Source: Eledone cirrhosa (Eukaryota). From it: a DNA stretch of 64,000 nucleotides. A program made the translations under genes and the position numbers. The notes under the pieces are model-generated. The model saw nothing but the letters and a program-made list of their open reading frames with translations. It had not been told where the DNA came from and searched no databases. The stretch lies in assembly GCA_964016885.1 (NCBI GenBank), contig OZ024743.1, positions 349,370,001 to 349,434,000 of the forward strand, read 5' to 3'. This document shows, piece by piece, positions 41,310 to 55,588 of this stretch. Every line of letters begins with the position of its first letter. The stretch's first letter is position 1.

Positions 41310-43338
41310 GTTGAAAAGGAGTGGAAAAGATGGGAAAGACCACTTTCCTTACTTCTCGTAGGGGAAGGACGGTTTTTCCATCCTTTTCACTGCTTGTGGC
41401 CTCCTCAGGAAGGATGTCCTTATAAATCCTCCTGGAGAGTGCTTGTCGGAAGTCTCCGATGTCTTTGGGGAATTTTTGTTTTAGTGTCATGTACGTTTTC
41501 TGTGTGATGCGAGTGATTTGTATGTGTGGAGGTGGTGTGAATTTTTGGGTTGTTGTGTAGTCTTTTTCTGTGATGCTGGTGTTGTGTTGGATGTAGTGCA
41601 ATAATTGCTTGTTGTTCAAATTTAATGCTGTGTAGTGTGTATCGTTTTCGTTGTTTTGTTTTGTTTGCGTTTGTTGTGGGTTTGTTTCTGTTTCGCATTT
41701 TGGTGACTTTTGTGGTGTAGGTGATGGTGGTGTTGGAGTTAATGATGGTGATGATGTTGGTGTTTGGGTTGATGGGGTTGGTGATGCTGGTGTGGATGGT
41801 GGCATATCTGTCCTAACTTTTTTGTTTCTTAGTTTATTAGTTTCCCTCTGTATTTTGTTTTTGGAGGGGGAAGGAAGAGAATTTTTTCTTTTTTGGTTTC
41901 TTTTTTTTTTTCGGATATCATTTCCCACTCCTCGTCGTCACAATCTGTCTCCAGTTGTGATAGGCCGGGGAGAGGAAAATCCTCCACAGCCGTTAGTTTT
42001 GGTTGTGGTGTGGTGGATGGTGTAGGCGCTGGTGCTAGTTCTGAAGCGTTGGGTGGTGGTGGTGGTGTTGGTTTTGCTGGTGGTGGTAGTGGTGTTGGTT
42101 TTGCTACTGTTGCTGGGGTTGTTGCTGTTATAGTTGCTTCTGTTGTTGTTGCTACAGTTGTTGCTGGCATCTCTGCTACTGGTGGTGTTGATGGTTGTTT
42201 CACTGGGGTGGGTAGGAGAAGTGGCCTCAACCTTTTAGCCTGAGGGCAGAAAGCCTTTAGGTGGGTTCCTTCACCACAAACGACACACCTAGGTCTTCTG
42301 CTCTCGACAATTACCGTGAGGTGGCTGCCGTCAGTGAGGTCTATTACCTCTGGGATCTCCTCAATGCTTTTTTGGTCCGCTTGGATCAGGAGCTCCATCC
42401 CAGATCCGGACCAGTTTTCCTGCTTTTCTTTTGCTATTGTTATTATTTTCGTGTTGGCCTCGATGCCGGCGAGGACAGCCGCTATTAGCCAGGGAATTTC
42501 GATGGCCGGTGGAACGTGGGTCACCCTGATCTTTACGAGTCTCTGGCCACAATAGCTTGGGACGAGTGTGAAGTCGTCACTTTTTAATGGGGCCATGGAG
42601 TGTTCTCTAGCCTCCTCTGGTGTTTCAAAGAACACATCCACGGTTCCATACTTTTGCCCACGTCTGATGTGGGTTTTTCTTGCCCACACATGTCCCAAAG
42701 CTTTTTGGATTTGGGACTCGGATGCCCGTTCCACTCGGCGCGATTTTACATTTATTGTTCGATACGACACGGTGCATAGGCGCCGATGCTCCATTTTATT
42801 AGGTGGGGGGGGCTGACCCTGTACCCATCTTTCTTTACCATTTGTTTGGCATTTTCTAAATCTTCTTGAGTTACGGTAAATGCTTCGAATTGTTTTGCTA
42901 CTCTGGCGAAACTGAGGGGGGGGGGTTTATAATGTCATTGTTGTTGTTGTTGCTATCGTTAATATTAATTTCAGTTTCAGTTGTGGTGGTGACGTCAGTC
43001 GTCTTTGGTGGGGAAGAGTCCATTTTGCTTGATTTCATTTCGACATCACGAGTTAATTTATTTTTTTCTTCTTTTGTTTCTGTTGTCGCGGTGGTGGTGG
43101 TGGTGGTGGTGGTGGTGGTGGTTGTCGCGGTGGTGGTGGTGGTGGAGGCTTTAACACCTGCAGTCATTGGTAATGGCGGGAAATGAATGTCTGCCTGAGA
43201 CAAATTTAAAATATTGCTACTGCTTATATTTTGTTTTGTGTTGGCAAACGTAGTAACATTTACAATGGTGGTGTCGGTGTGAGGTGTTATTTTGTGAGGA
43301 AGGCTTTCAGCTGCTTCGTGCAGAGGTGAAGTAGCCAT
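41272..43338 (-). CDS. Tx1 ORF1 (Gag-like Zn knuckle), split by two homopolymer frameshifts
   Basis: Pieces 43338-42898, 42794-41829 and 41928-41272 join via G10 (42916-42925) and T11 (41901-41911). CVVCGEGTHLKAFC = CX2CX4HX4C; Thr/Pro-rich linkers. Confidence 0.8.
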
Positions 43339-43547
43339 TTTTTTTCAAATAAATTTTTTGATAATAATAAAAGTTAAAATTTTTGGCACAAGGCCCCAAT
43401 CTTTTTAGGTGTCCTTTTCGGAAAACAATGTATGTGTGCTTATAAACAGTTAACAATAAAATTTTCCATAAATGGCAATTTTTAAACAAACGGAAATAAC
43501 AAACCTTTGCGGAGCTCACGATAATACGATTTCCTACGTAGGTCACC

Positions 43548-43591
<44 letters not shown>

Positions 43592-43950
43592 AACTGCTAC
43601 TACTACTACTCCTACTACTACTACTTCTGCTGCTCGTGATGCTACTACTACTACTTGCAGAAACAATACGATAACGTCACAAATCTCTCACAATTATGTG
43701 TTAGCTATGTAAAGTTATCCATCCTTTGTCTTTCTGTCTGTTTGTCGAGTTCTCTTCATAATAGTTTTGAAATATTCGCAACAAAGTATAAGAATGTCAT
43801 ACCTTTTATTTCAGTCTTGATTTACAGCCATTGCTGTGTTCATCTGTCAAAGATAGGGGCCATTATTGTTATATACCCTTAACACTCAGTACATATCTCC
43901 CCATCGCACATAGACATTACACATATACAATCACATATGCCATCATAATG

Positions 43951-44131
43951 CTTCTTCTTCTTCTTCTTCTTCTTCTTCTTCTTCTTCTTCTTCTTCTTCT
44001 TCTTCTTCTTCTTCTTCTTCTTCTTCTTCTTCTTCTTCTTCTTCTTCTTCTTCTTCTTCTTCTTCTTCTTCGTCTTCTTCTTCTTCTTCTTCTTCTTCTT
44101 CTTCTTCTTCTTCTTCTTCTTCTTCTTCTTC
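43951..44131. repeat. (TTC)n microsatellite, ~60 units
   Basis: Direct reading. Confidence 0.95.
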
Positions 44132-45566
44132 TACAATTGCTCTTGGGATATTAATTATGGTGATGTGGGTAGTGTTGGTCATGTTGTTGCTGATGATGAC
44201 GACGACAACAAGGATGATGATGATGATGATTACTCACGTCACTGCCAACAACCACACATGAAATGTAAACAGGTTTTACGTCTCTTATTTGATATTATTT
44301 TCTTTATTTGTCTGACTGATATTTGTTTTTTCTTGTGAGTTTTCGAGATATTCTAGAAGGGTAGGAGTGGACAAAGGTTGAGTGAATGTTTAAGAAGATT
44401 GCTTTGCAATCATTTGGTCCCATGCTGGATCCCACTTCGTGGCATTTTGACCATTTACCATAGCCTCGGATCGATGCCTGACTTCTGTGTAAAATTGGGT
44501 AGAACAAATCTGTGTGAAACCCATCAAAAGAACTGTAACTGCGATTCAATTGCTCAGTCATTTCACAAACTGAATCTGATTGTGAATTACTTTGCGTGCA
44601 CAACTGTCTGTAGAATGATCAGTTATTTGCCCATAAATTTCATGAGCAAACTTTTCCGTTGATCAATCAAGTGCAACACATGATCTTGGTTTTCTATGCA
44701 GTGCATTGATAGTTGGAATTGGGTAGGAAGCTGACATTTGTCTTAACCCACTTTTATTTTTTAACATGTTATTGGACGATCTCACATCTTTGATATATGT
44801 GTCCGTCATCTTCTTTCCATAATATTGCTAAATTAATATTTTGACTACATTAGAATAACTTTTCATTAATTAAAATCAAATTTCAAAGCGATAAGACCTG
44901 AACGTTTTGCTCTGGTGGATCCCCACACTCTGAAGTAGGGAATTTTATGTCTCGAAATATTAGGACAAAAAGCAAAATAATAATAAATTCCAGGTAATAG
45001 AAACTGTTTAATTGCTTTCATTGAAACTAAATTTTACCTCTATTTTTGCATTGTCTTAGCCTTCTTAAAACATATCATTTTCTACATTTTACGAATTTTC
45101 ATTACTTTAGCTTCTAAGGTTGACAAGATTGATAATTACTTCATTTGAATCCTAAAATTACAGCAATAAAGTTAAATATGACTATGTTGGTAAAGATTGT
45201 TTTGAGGCTTTCACAGTCTGCGTCATTCAAGCATATTCTTTCTTTGACTTGTTCATTTATATAAATTTCTAGCAGTTCTTTAAACGTGTTCTAAGTGTTG
45301 TTGATATTGTCAGCTGCAGTACTCCGGTCAAAAGGTTTTTGCACACCAAGTAAATTAGATAGAGAGCTTTTGACGGAACCACTCTTTTTTCGTTCGTGAT
45401 TTGCTTAATTTGTTTTTATGATTGTTATGATTGTCCATGTAACGGTTTTAACGCCTCTAAAAATGTATTTATTTCATTAACGTTGCGTATCCCTACTCTA
45501 CTAAATATCAACATATATACATACACACACATATGTACATATATGCATATGTATATGCATATATAC

Positions 45567-45610
<44 letters not shown>

Positions 45611-45670
45611 ATATGTGTGTGTGTGGGGTGTTGTATACAAGTATAAGTACATACACATACACACACACAC

Positions 45671-45701
<31 letters not shown>

Positions 45702-45910
45702 CGCATATACATATATATATAAATATATATATATATTTCGTTTCTAATTGGCAACATGACCCTCCCAAAGTATAACAATATATATATATACATATATATT
45801 TATTATAAATATTTACTCTACGGTTCTTATATATCTGATATATATTTATTCTTATCGAGCCCTCTTTGAATTTTCGTCTTCAAATTTATTATTATTACTA
45901 TATATATAAA

Positions 45911-46103
45911 GGCGATGGATTGGCAGTATCGGTAGAGGGTCGGACGCCATGCTTTGCAGGAAAGAGTTACGGCCCTTTATGATCTGAGTTCAAATCTCGC
46001 CGAGGTTAACTTTGCCTTTCATCCTTACGGGGTCGATAAAATAAAGTACCAGTAATACACTGGAATAATTGCTGGCCTTGTGCCAAAAGTAGAAACAATT
46101 ACT
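45911..46103 (+). mobile_element. SINE family S, full length
   Basis: A box TGGCAGTATCGG, B box GTTCAAATC, central gcctttcatccttacggggtcgataaaataaagtaccag. Confidence 0.9.
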
Positions 46104-47139
46104 ATATATATATATATATATAGACACACATACACACACATATATTTATATACATTTTTTTTCCATATATCTCTAAGACATGCATAAGTATTTAGATAAA
46201 CATGTGTGCATGTTTGCATCCCTCACCCTTTTTCATACCAAAAAAAAAATATATATATATATATATTTGCCATTTCCATTTGTATTCTATTTTTTAACGT
46301 ATTTCTTTTTTATTCTTGTATCCTTCTCTTAAAATTAAGATTCCGATACATAAACGCTTCTTAGTTCAAATTTTGACACCTCACTCTTGGAGTAACTTCG
46401 TCATATTTTGGTGCTAAAATACCCCTTATTATCACAGAAGCACCAAAAACATTTTTATAGAATGTTTAGAGGGAGAGAATTAACATGAGTTATTGCTCGT
46501 TTTAAGAACACCAGCTGCTCCTTAGATATCATCACTAGAGTTCACTCTGTCACAAGCAATTCGGCCCAGGTCTCTCATTTTTTTATACATTTCTTCCTGC
46601 CCTTCCGCGTACCGTTCCCTCTATCCTATCAGTCTCAGACGCTCCGAAAAACGTGTTTGGACGGAAACTGCAAGCGAATGGGAGTAAACACGTAATAAAG
46701 AAATTGAGCCTTGTAGATTATACGTATGCATCTTCCTCCAATTATGTATGCAGATTGGTTTCCATTCATGATTTGAGCTTGATTTAGGTTTTGAATTCAA
46801 TAAAAAAATGAGTAACTAAATATATGGGACTATACACACACAGACACACACTCACACACACACACATACACACACACATACACTCACATACATAAATACA
46901 CATACATAAATACACACACACAAACACACACAGACACACACATATATATATATATAGTAATAATAATAAATGTGAAGACTAAAATCCAAAGAGGGCTTGA
47001 TAAGGATAAATAAATATCAGATATATAAGAACCGTTGAGCAAAGATTGACTTTTTTAGAAGATCCCGTTAAGGGTGAAAGCAACGATTCTTCGCTTAAAC
47101 TTTCATCTGTTATTTTAATAAATATATAAATATATATAT

Positions 47140-47607
47140 AAATATTAAAACAATGAAATTAAACACAAAATAGTTAATTCATAGTAAAACTCATTATTTT
47201 ACGATCGTTTTGGGGCGTAGTACCCCGTATGTCCATTCAATTACTGATCTGTGTAAAATATTACAAAATATCATAATAAGAAAAAATACATACGTCTTCG
47301 CTACCCGCCGTCTTCAGTGTTTTTTTACTATGATATTTTGTAATATTTTACATAGATCAAATAATTGAATGGGCATACGGAGAACTACTTCCCAGAAACG
47401 ATCGTAAAATAATGAGATTTTCTATGAATTAACCTTTTTGTGTATAATTTCATTGTTTTAATATTTCTATTTTTTACTCTGTATCCAATGATTATATCGT
47501 TGAAAATGTTGTATTTTAAACTTTACTTCACGACATCTTCTACATACGGATTACATTGAGTTTTTCATACGGTTTAGACCCTACCATTGATTGGTAGATT
47601 TATCTGT
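47140..47607. mobile_element. Family B relative: inverted repeat with split HHR plus tail
   Basis: 47140-47275 is inverted at 47328-47466; CTGAAGA on - strand (47317-47311); GAAACGATCGTAAAATAATGA at 47395; tail shared with 11220-11290. Confidence 0.75.
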
Positions 47608-47999
47608 ATATATATACGGGTATATCATCTGATGTTCTAACCTGTTGTTTATAGCAAACGATTCTTCGGTTATATTCTGCGTGAATGTTTCCTACATTTT
47701 CTATGAATTTTATAACTCCCTATCGCTTCGACGTTTCGATACACTGCATTGAAAAGTTGTTAACTTTAGCTTTCTAGCTTAGACAGATATTGTTGTCAAT
47801 GTTTAGAGCAGTCAGCCGATATCTGAAGAAAACGAAGTTCGATTATTTGTAACGGCGTTTAACTTCATTTTCCCGTCCATGGCAGTATCTAACCCGATTT
47901 TCTAAACTATTAATAATAGCAACTGAGAGTGTTTGAAGTTATTGTCTGCGTCTAACTGTTCTGCGTTACACACATACACACAATCACACTCATACGAAT

Positions 48000-48048
<49 letters not shown>

Positions 48049-48053
48049 AGTGG

Positions 48054-48556
48054 TTACACAACAGTTAGTTCACCATACTGATCACAATTGTTTCACCTTA
48101 GCGGATCCTCAGCTCGTAATGGACAAAGATATACGGAACGTGAATGACAACCGTAAGGACGCGCATGCGCAGAAACGGTCACTTCACACAAAATTGCGTG
48201 CGAGAGGTGTAAGGGAGATAACACAATAGCGATTGCCTAAACCAAGATTTGAATTCTTCACACGTAGTCCACACGGGTGGAAACAACTATTACATAACTA
48301 CAAAGCTCCGGATTGAATTACAACAACATCCTAATTTTCTTATCAACTAGAAACTTTCGGACTTTCGTAGTTTTCTCCTTTAAACCTCTCGCATGCAATT
48401 TTGTATTGCTTGGTTGAAGTGACCGTTTCTGCGCATGCGCCTCCATACGATTGTCCTTCCCGTTCCGTATGACCATGTCCATTACGAGCTGAGGATCCGA
48501 ATCCGTTAAGGTGAAACAATTGTGCTCGGTATGGTGAACTAACTGTTGTGTAAACA
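48054..48556. mobile_element. Inverted pair of HHR-bearing units (family F)
   Basis: 48054-48225 is inverted at 48368-48553; CGAG-CTGAGGA-...-GAAA-CAATTG-TG-CTCG at 48485-48528 (cleavage triplet GUG, likely inactive). Confidence 0.7.
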
Positions 48557-48612
48557 CTTCTACCTTACTCGTCCCACAAACCGAGTACTCTACCTCTATG
48601 GATACTACCTTG

Positions 48613-48721
<109 letters not shown>

Positions 48722-48939
48722 CGATAAGATCCCAGACCTCATTCGCTTAACGATAGGGATGGGGTTCATGAAATTGAACGGAGGAAACAATGTTTATATT
48801 GGTCCTTGCTATTTTAGCAATAGCAATATAGATCTATATATGAATAAATATATATATATATAATGGCTGTAAACTTTGCTAGGAGTATTGCACGTTTAGG
48901 CTACGGCCAGCGACACGGACTTGTAACATATCCTGAACA

Positions 48940-49650
48940 AGCAATGCCTATGCTTTGGAGGTTTTTTAAGTGTCTATGTTACCGTCGTGTTGTTGTCTGG
49001 CATGTTCGTATAGTACTGAACCGTTTTTTCGTTCTTTTAGTTCCCCCCAGTGTTGGTCTATCCTTTCACATATGCTACGAGCTGTTCGCATATTTATGTT
49101 GTTGTTATGTTTCTGCAAGTACCCCCTGTACATCTTATGCTATAGACTACGTTTCTAGTTTTACAGTTTATCCGGGGGTTTACCTTACATATGATACATT
49201 TCCTATTAGTACAGTGGGTTTTCTTGAAAGGGTAGGTTTTGCTGATCAGGGATGTTATGGTGGTTCGTGGCTTTTCTACCACCTTAATGTTTAAGTGGGT
49301 CTTTCTCGGGGCCTTTCTACACTGGTTAGCTAATTTCCCTCCAGGGGTAGCGTCCACAAACACGACACTCTGGTATCTCTGGTTGTCGTACCATGAGGTG
49401 GCCTTCCCTATCTTATGTCTAGCCCTATCTAAGCTATTCCATGATTTGCTCCTGTATAATGGGCAAATTCGTTTCATGTTCAGTTCTATGAGGGTCTTAT
49501 ACTTCTCCGTGGCTCCTTCGTATACTCTGATTATGTCTCTTTGGTTGTAGCCAGAGAACTGCATGCGGTTGATGAAGTGTTGGATGTGTCTTTCCATTTC
49601 TGTTGGGTCGAAGAATACGATGGAAGGCCTTCCATTTCGACCGTGCGGGT
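48940..49650 (-). mobile_element. Penelope-like element, RT thumb plus GIY-YIG endonuclease fragment
   Basis: RMQFSGY...PLYRSKSW...VVFVDATPGG...KVVEK...CTNRKCIIC...NCKTRNVVYSIRC, then frameshifted TARSICERIDQH...SVLYEHARQQH. Confidence 0.8.
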
Positions 49651-49659
49651 GCTGCTGAC

Positions 49660-50345
49660 TCCGGAAGTACACCAAACAGATATGGATTTACCACCTGCAA
49701 GAACCCTCCATACAACATCCTGCTGGAACTCTTTGAGAAAGATCTATTTAACGTCGTCAGGAGCATTAAATTCAAAAAGCATTATAGACACAAGAATAAT
49801 TTCCTCACAAAATTAGCACACCTAGAAAAACATTTTTAAATAGCCACCTCTTATATGTTATGTCTGACAAAACTAAAAACCTATACACCATGACTCCTGA
49901 AACTTACAAATCTTTCCTTGTTAAGGAACTTAATAAAAACTATTAAAAAAACTATACCCTCCAGTGTAAACTTACTTAACCGAAAAGCCCAGGCTTTGGT
50001 TAAGGACTTAAATCTGGATAGATTTACCCACCCTTATGTACCTACAACCCCAAGGTTTTCTCTCAAGGATCACAAGCCAAACTTTATAGAGAACCCATCT
50101 ATTAGACTTATAAGCCCAACCTCATCTGACTTGGGTCGTATCAGTAAGAACATCCTTGATAGGATCATCCTTGAGCTACGAGATGATATCACCTACAAGC
50201 TGTGGTCCAACACCGGCCAAGTCATTAGATGGTTCTCCGATCTAAGGTCCAATGAATATATGAGGTTCCTCCAATTTGACATTGACAGCTACTACGCTTC
50301 AATAATCCCGGTACTGCTCAACAAAGTATTAACTCTAGCCACCAC
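49660..50345 (+). mobile_element. Penelope-like element (Hydra-clade-like) RT N-terminal fragment
   Basis: YGFTT...FEKDL...SDKTKNLY...SLKDHKPNFIENPSIRLISPTSSDLGRISKNILDRI...LWSNTGQVIRWF...FLQFDIDSYYASI. Confidence 0.8.
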
Positions 50346-50354
50346 CAACTCCAA

Positions 50355-51144
<790 letters not shown>

Positions 51145-51680
51145 GAATAACCACTAACTCATTAACGGATATTGGTGAATACTTCAAATGTAGACACAGT
51201 AAAGAAGACCCCGTAATTTGATACTTCACACTTTATATATTCATCTTAAAGCAATATTAATGATTTCTAATTTTTGCTTCATCCTGTTTTACTTGTTACT
51301 TAAACATCCTATGAATAAATACAATTTGAAGAGAGAATGATACTCAGTAAAAAAAATCTTGCCCCTTCACGCGTAAAATATAAGCAGAGTATTAACCAAA
51401 TTACAAATGCGAAAAACTACGAAGATAACATTTGAATTAAATTAAGGAAACAAAAACGTAGTGACAAAATAAAATATCCAATTCATGCAACAAAACAAAA
51501 ACGAAACTGAAACAAAATTGAAATAAAATGCTATAAAAGCCCAAACGAAATCATTTTAGGAGACAAAATACCAACAACAACTAAAGAATTTGTTTAAACT
51601 GCAGATGTAATTTTGTTGATATCGACATCAATATTCTTTCTATCCCCAGTATAAAACCATTGTATTCTATCTACGCAAAG

Positions 51681-51681
51681 A

Positions 51682-51743
<62 letters not shown>
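51681..51743. repeat. (TAG)n microsatellite
   Basis: Direct reading. Confidence 0.95.
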
Positions 51744-52035
51744 TGTTTTTCTGAAGTTTTTACTTAAAGAAAATGTTGCTAGTCTGTGGTATGAAAAGCA
51801 AAAATAAAATAAAATAAAATAGGAAAAAATAAATGAAGATATATAATAATATTAATAAGAATAATAACCAAATAGTAAAAATAAAAATTAGAAATAATAC
51901 AATCATTATAATGAAGGAAAAAAATGCTCAAGTCAATAAGAAAAATAGTCGATTAGGCGAAATATATAAAACACGGAAACGAAAATAAAAAATTAACGCC
52001 GGTGAATATATACGTGAATGTGAATGTATGCAAGC

Positions 52036-52069
<34 letters not shown>

Positions 52070-52392
52070 ATGTGTGTCTGTCTGTGTGTGTGTGTGTGCT
52101 TGTTTGTATCTGTGTGTATTGTGTTTGTTTGTGTATGTATGTATGTATGTATGCATGTACTTATGTATGTATGTATTTAACTTACCTTGCGGTGAGAAAA
52201 AAAAATGTGACGTTTCAAAGAAAACATAAATGACATTTACAAAACCTATCACCACTGCATCTAGTTTTGAAGTTTAAGTACATACATATACACGCACACA
52301 TATAGGAGTATTCAGAATTTCCCACTCATATCTATACCAAATCTCTTATGCATATATATATATATACACCCATGTCATTCGTACACATATAT

Positions 52393-52425
<33 letters not shown>

Positions 52426-52432
52426 ATAAATC

Positions 52433-52510
<78 letters not shown>

Positions 52511-52592
52511 AATACACACAAACACACACACACACATATATATATGTGTGTGTGGGGGGGGGTATATATATGCATATATATATACGCACACG

Positions 52593-52674
<82 letters not shown>

Positions 52675-54119
52675 TATATAGTTATATATATATATAAATA
52701 TATATTTGCATGTTTATAAATCGAGACAGTTTTGAAAATGTGATGTAATTTCATGTAAGTGCCACCGTGGTGTAGCTGCTCTGCTGGCTGGCTTGTTTGT
52801 TGATTCGCTGGGTTGTCGATGATGTATTGTTGTGTAATCGGTGTTCGGTGTTAGATGTGGGGTGGTGTTTGATGGAATAGTGCAGTCAGCTAGTAAACGA
52901 TTAAATTCAATCAAAAAATGAAGAAAAAAAAAACTCTCTTGAATTTGATTTTTAAAGCATTCGATCTTCCGATGTGATTAGAATCCAATTGATAAATAAG
53001 TTTCATGTATTTCTGCGCAATGATAGTAGTGGTTGTCATGGTGGTCATGACGGTTGTGTTGGTTCCGATAGTCGCATTGGTTATGGGAGTCCTGGTGGCT
53101 GTGATGACGGTGGCATTTATGATTGTTTTGGTCGATGTATTGTTTTTATAACTGGTGTTTCTGATGAACATGGTTTTTGAGAAGATTGTCGTGATTGTGA
53201 TGTTTATGGTGGCTGTGGTGTTTGTGATTGTCGTTCTGTAGGGGTGGTTACGGTGGTTGTGATATTTGTGGCAGTTGCGGTGGTGGTTCTGGTTATTCTG
53301 GCTGTGTTTGTTGTGGTTGTTTTGTTGCTTGTGAAGGTATCACTGGCAGTTTTATTAGTAGTGATGGTGGAAATGCCAGTTATTCTAGTTAATTAAATGA
53401 TCGATCTGGCTCTGATTATTAGAAAAATTGTTTCATAATTTGATTGCTACAACTATGTTCGTAATGGTGACACTATTGGATTTAGTGGATGTATTGCTGC
53501 TGCCAGTGGTGATGTTTTTGCTAATGGAAGTGGTTTATACCTTTTGTGGCTTTGGATGCGGTTGTATTTGCAGCGTTATTGTTGCTAGTGCTGAACCCGA
53601 TATGTTTCAACAACGCTATGTTGGTGGTTGTCGTAGTTGAAGTCATGTTGGCAGTTGTGATATAGTAAAATATGTTGATTTTGCTTCTATTTGAATCGAT
53701 AGTTTTAATGATTATATACATTGGGGTAGCTACAATGTATCCAGCTGCTTTCTCTAGTAATGATTGAATAGACTGTGATGCCGGTGGATGTAGTGTTAAT
53801 GGTAGTTGTAATAATCGTAGAATTGACTACAGCAAATCGTCCTTCACTTAGTTGTTGTTCGGTTAAGGTTGTGATAATTATCATTTAACTTAGCCTAGCT
53901 ATTTCAAAGGCTTAGAATGCATAGAGGCAGCGGTAAAGTAAAATGTTGAAAGGGTGTAGTAACGGTAGTGACGGTTCTTAAAAGTTGTAGTAATGGTGAT
54001 ATTTGGGATTTGTCGTGGCAGAGTGGTTATTTCACATCTCATCAGATAGATGTTCTTTCTAGGAGGAAAGTGTCAAACAAAGGTCGTTATTAGAGACAGC
54101 TCTGCTAAAAGCGGATGAG

Positions 54120-54340
54120 GCCTCAGAAGATATATTCATATCAAGGGCGAGTAAAATTCCCGAGTTCTCTCCAGCGGTCCCTGTCCTTCATTATCGCCGA
54201 TATGCCCTGCGTCTCCCAGAGACCAGTGTCTGTCCTTAGGGCATCAATATATGTCAACCTCGGTCTCACTGTTCTAGTGTGTCCGTGTAGGGGCTCCCAT
54301 AAGAGCACTGGGTGCAGTGTCAACTCTGAATGTCGGTGAG
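54120..54340 (-). mobile_element. RTE-clade LINE 3' end fragment
   Basis: VLLWEPLHGHTRTVRPRLTYIDALRTDTGL...MKDRDRWR. Confidence 0.75.
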
Positions 54341-54356
54341 CATCACCATCTCACAA

Positions 54357-54379
54357 ATACACACATACTGAAAAACACT

Positions 54380-54441
<62 letters not shown>

Positions 54442-54465
54442 AGTGTTTTTCAGTATATGTGTATC
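54357..54465. repeat. Palindrome with ~28-bp arms around (TA)n
   Basis: atacacacatactgaaaaacactcatac-(at)n-gtatgagtgtttttcagtatatgtgtat. Confidence 0.85.
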
Positions 54466-54940
54466 TGCGACGCAACTAAAAAATAACTGGGTTCTTTCGG
54501 TTCAAAGTATAGAATAAGTTTTCTCTAATATTATTGTTTGCAGAAGATTATATCTTTGCCCTCAGTGTTTGACATGCTCTCAAATTCTTCTGTTCTTTTC
54601 ATACTGAAGTACATTCAGATACCATTTCCAGCTTATGTAGAAATGCTTTGTTATTTTTGTTAATTCAATACAGTTCACACTTGACTTAATTGATATAGAT
54701 ATAAAGACCTGACATCTCACACCTTTAATGGAATCACCGTACTGACATGGCTATATGTGTTTATACTACATGTATATATATACACATACATACAAACACA
54801 AATACGCACACCCACGCACGCACACACGCGCGCATACACACAAACAAATGTCACACAAACAACAGTCAAGATTAATCCATTACTGTGTATGTATAGATAT
54901 GTCTTAAACCTATATATCGGATGCTTACTGCGGAGGATAA

Positions 54941-55588
54941 TCTATCTATATATTACTAAATGTCTTTGTTTGCTAGCTTGTCTGTAATGTAATACAGCGA
55001 ACGAAAATGGCGCATAATGGGAAAATACATTGAAAGGAAGTTGCCCCTGAAATGGGAATACAAATGGAGTAAAACAAGTTTCGCGTAAATCGAAGCACGA
55101 TGTCCCGAGATATTAGTTTGTCAGGTTACCTTCATAAACAGAGAGAGAGAGAGAGAAGGATAGAGAGAAAGGGATAGTGGTTGTGAGAGAGTAGATTGAA
55201 AGAGGGATTTAGAGAGAGGGAGAGGCGACAGAGAAGGATAATGGAAGAGAGCTGGTGGTGCTGCTGTACATACGTGTGTGTGTGTGAGTGTGTGTGTGTA
55301 TATGTATATATATATATGTGTGTGTGTCTATGACTAGTGTATATAGATCACATACACCCATGTATATATATATATACACACACATACATATATATATATA
55401 TAGAGAGAAACATACACATTTATATATATAAATACACACACATACATACATATATATATATATATAGAAACATACACATTTATATATATACATACACACA
55501 TATATATTGACCTTCCAGTTTCATTTCACATTATATACATGTCTGTGTATACTTTGATTATATAAAAGATATTTTTAAGTGGACCTAG
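54941..55588 (+). mobile_element. Probable non-autonomous Helitron
   Basis: Starts A|TCTATCTATATATTACT and ends CTAG|T with no TSD; internal microsatellites; homologous to 3625-4860; the 3' hairpin is not clearly seen. Confidence 0.55.

Larger units (their letters stand above)
37644..43547 (-). mobile_element. Full-length Tx1-type (L1 clade) non-LTR retrotransposon
   Basis: 5'UTR, CCHC ORF1, APE-RT-CCHC ORF2, 3'UTR with AATAAA (37661-37656); bounded by (TAA)n at 37607-37643 and 43548-43590. Confidence 0.92.

Noticed and set aside
52750-54020. Long GTT/GGT-skewed regions (also 12400-13370, 57500-57900) giving Thr- or Val-rich ORFs
   Set aside because: Stops in all frames and no splice or domain evidence; consistent with decayed trinucleotide repeats.
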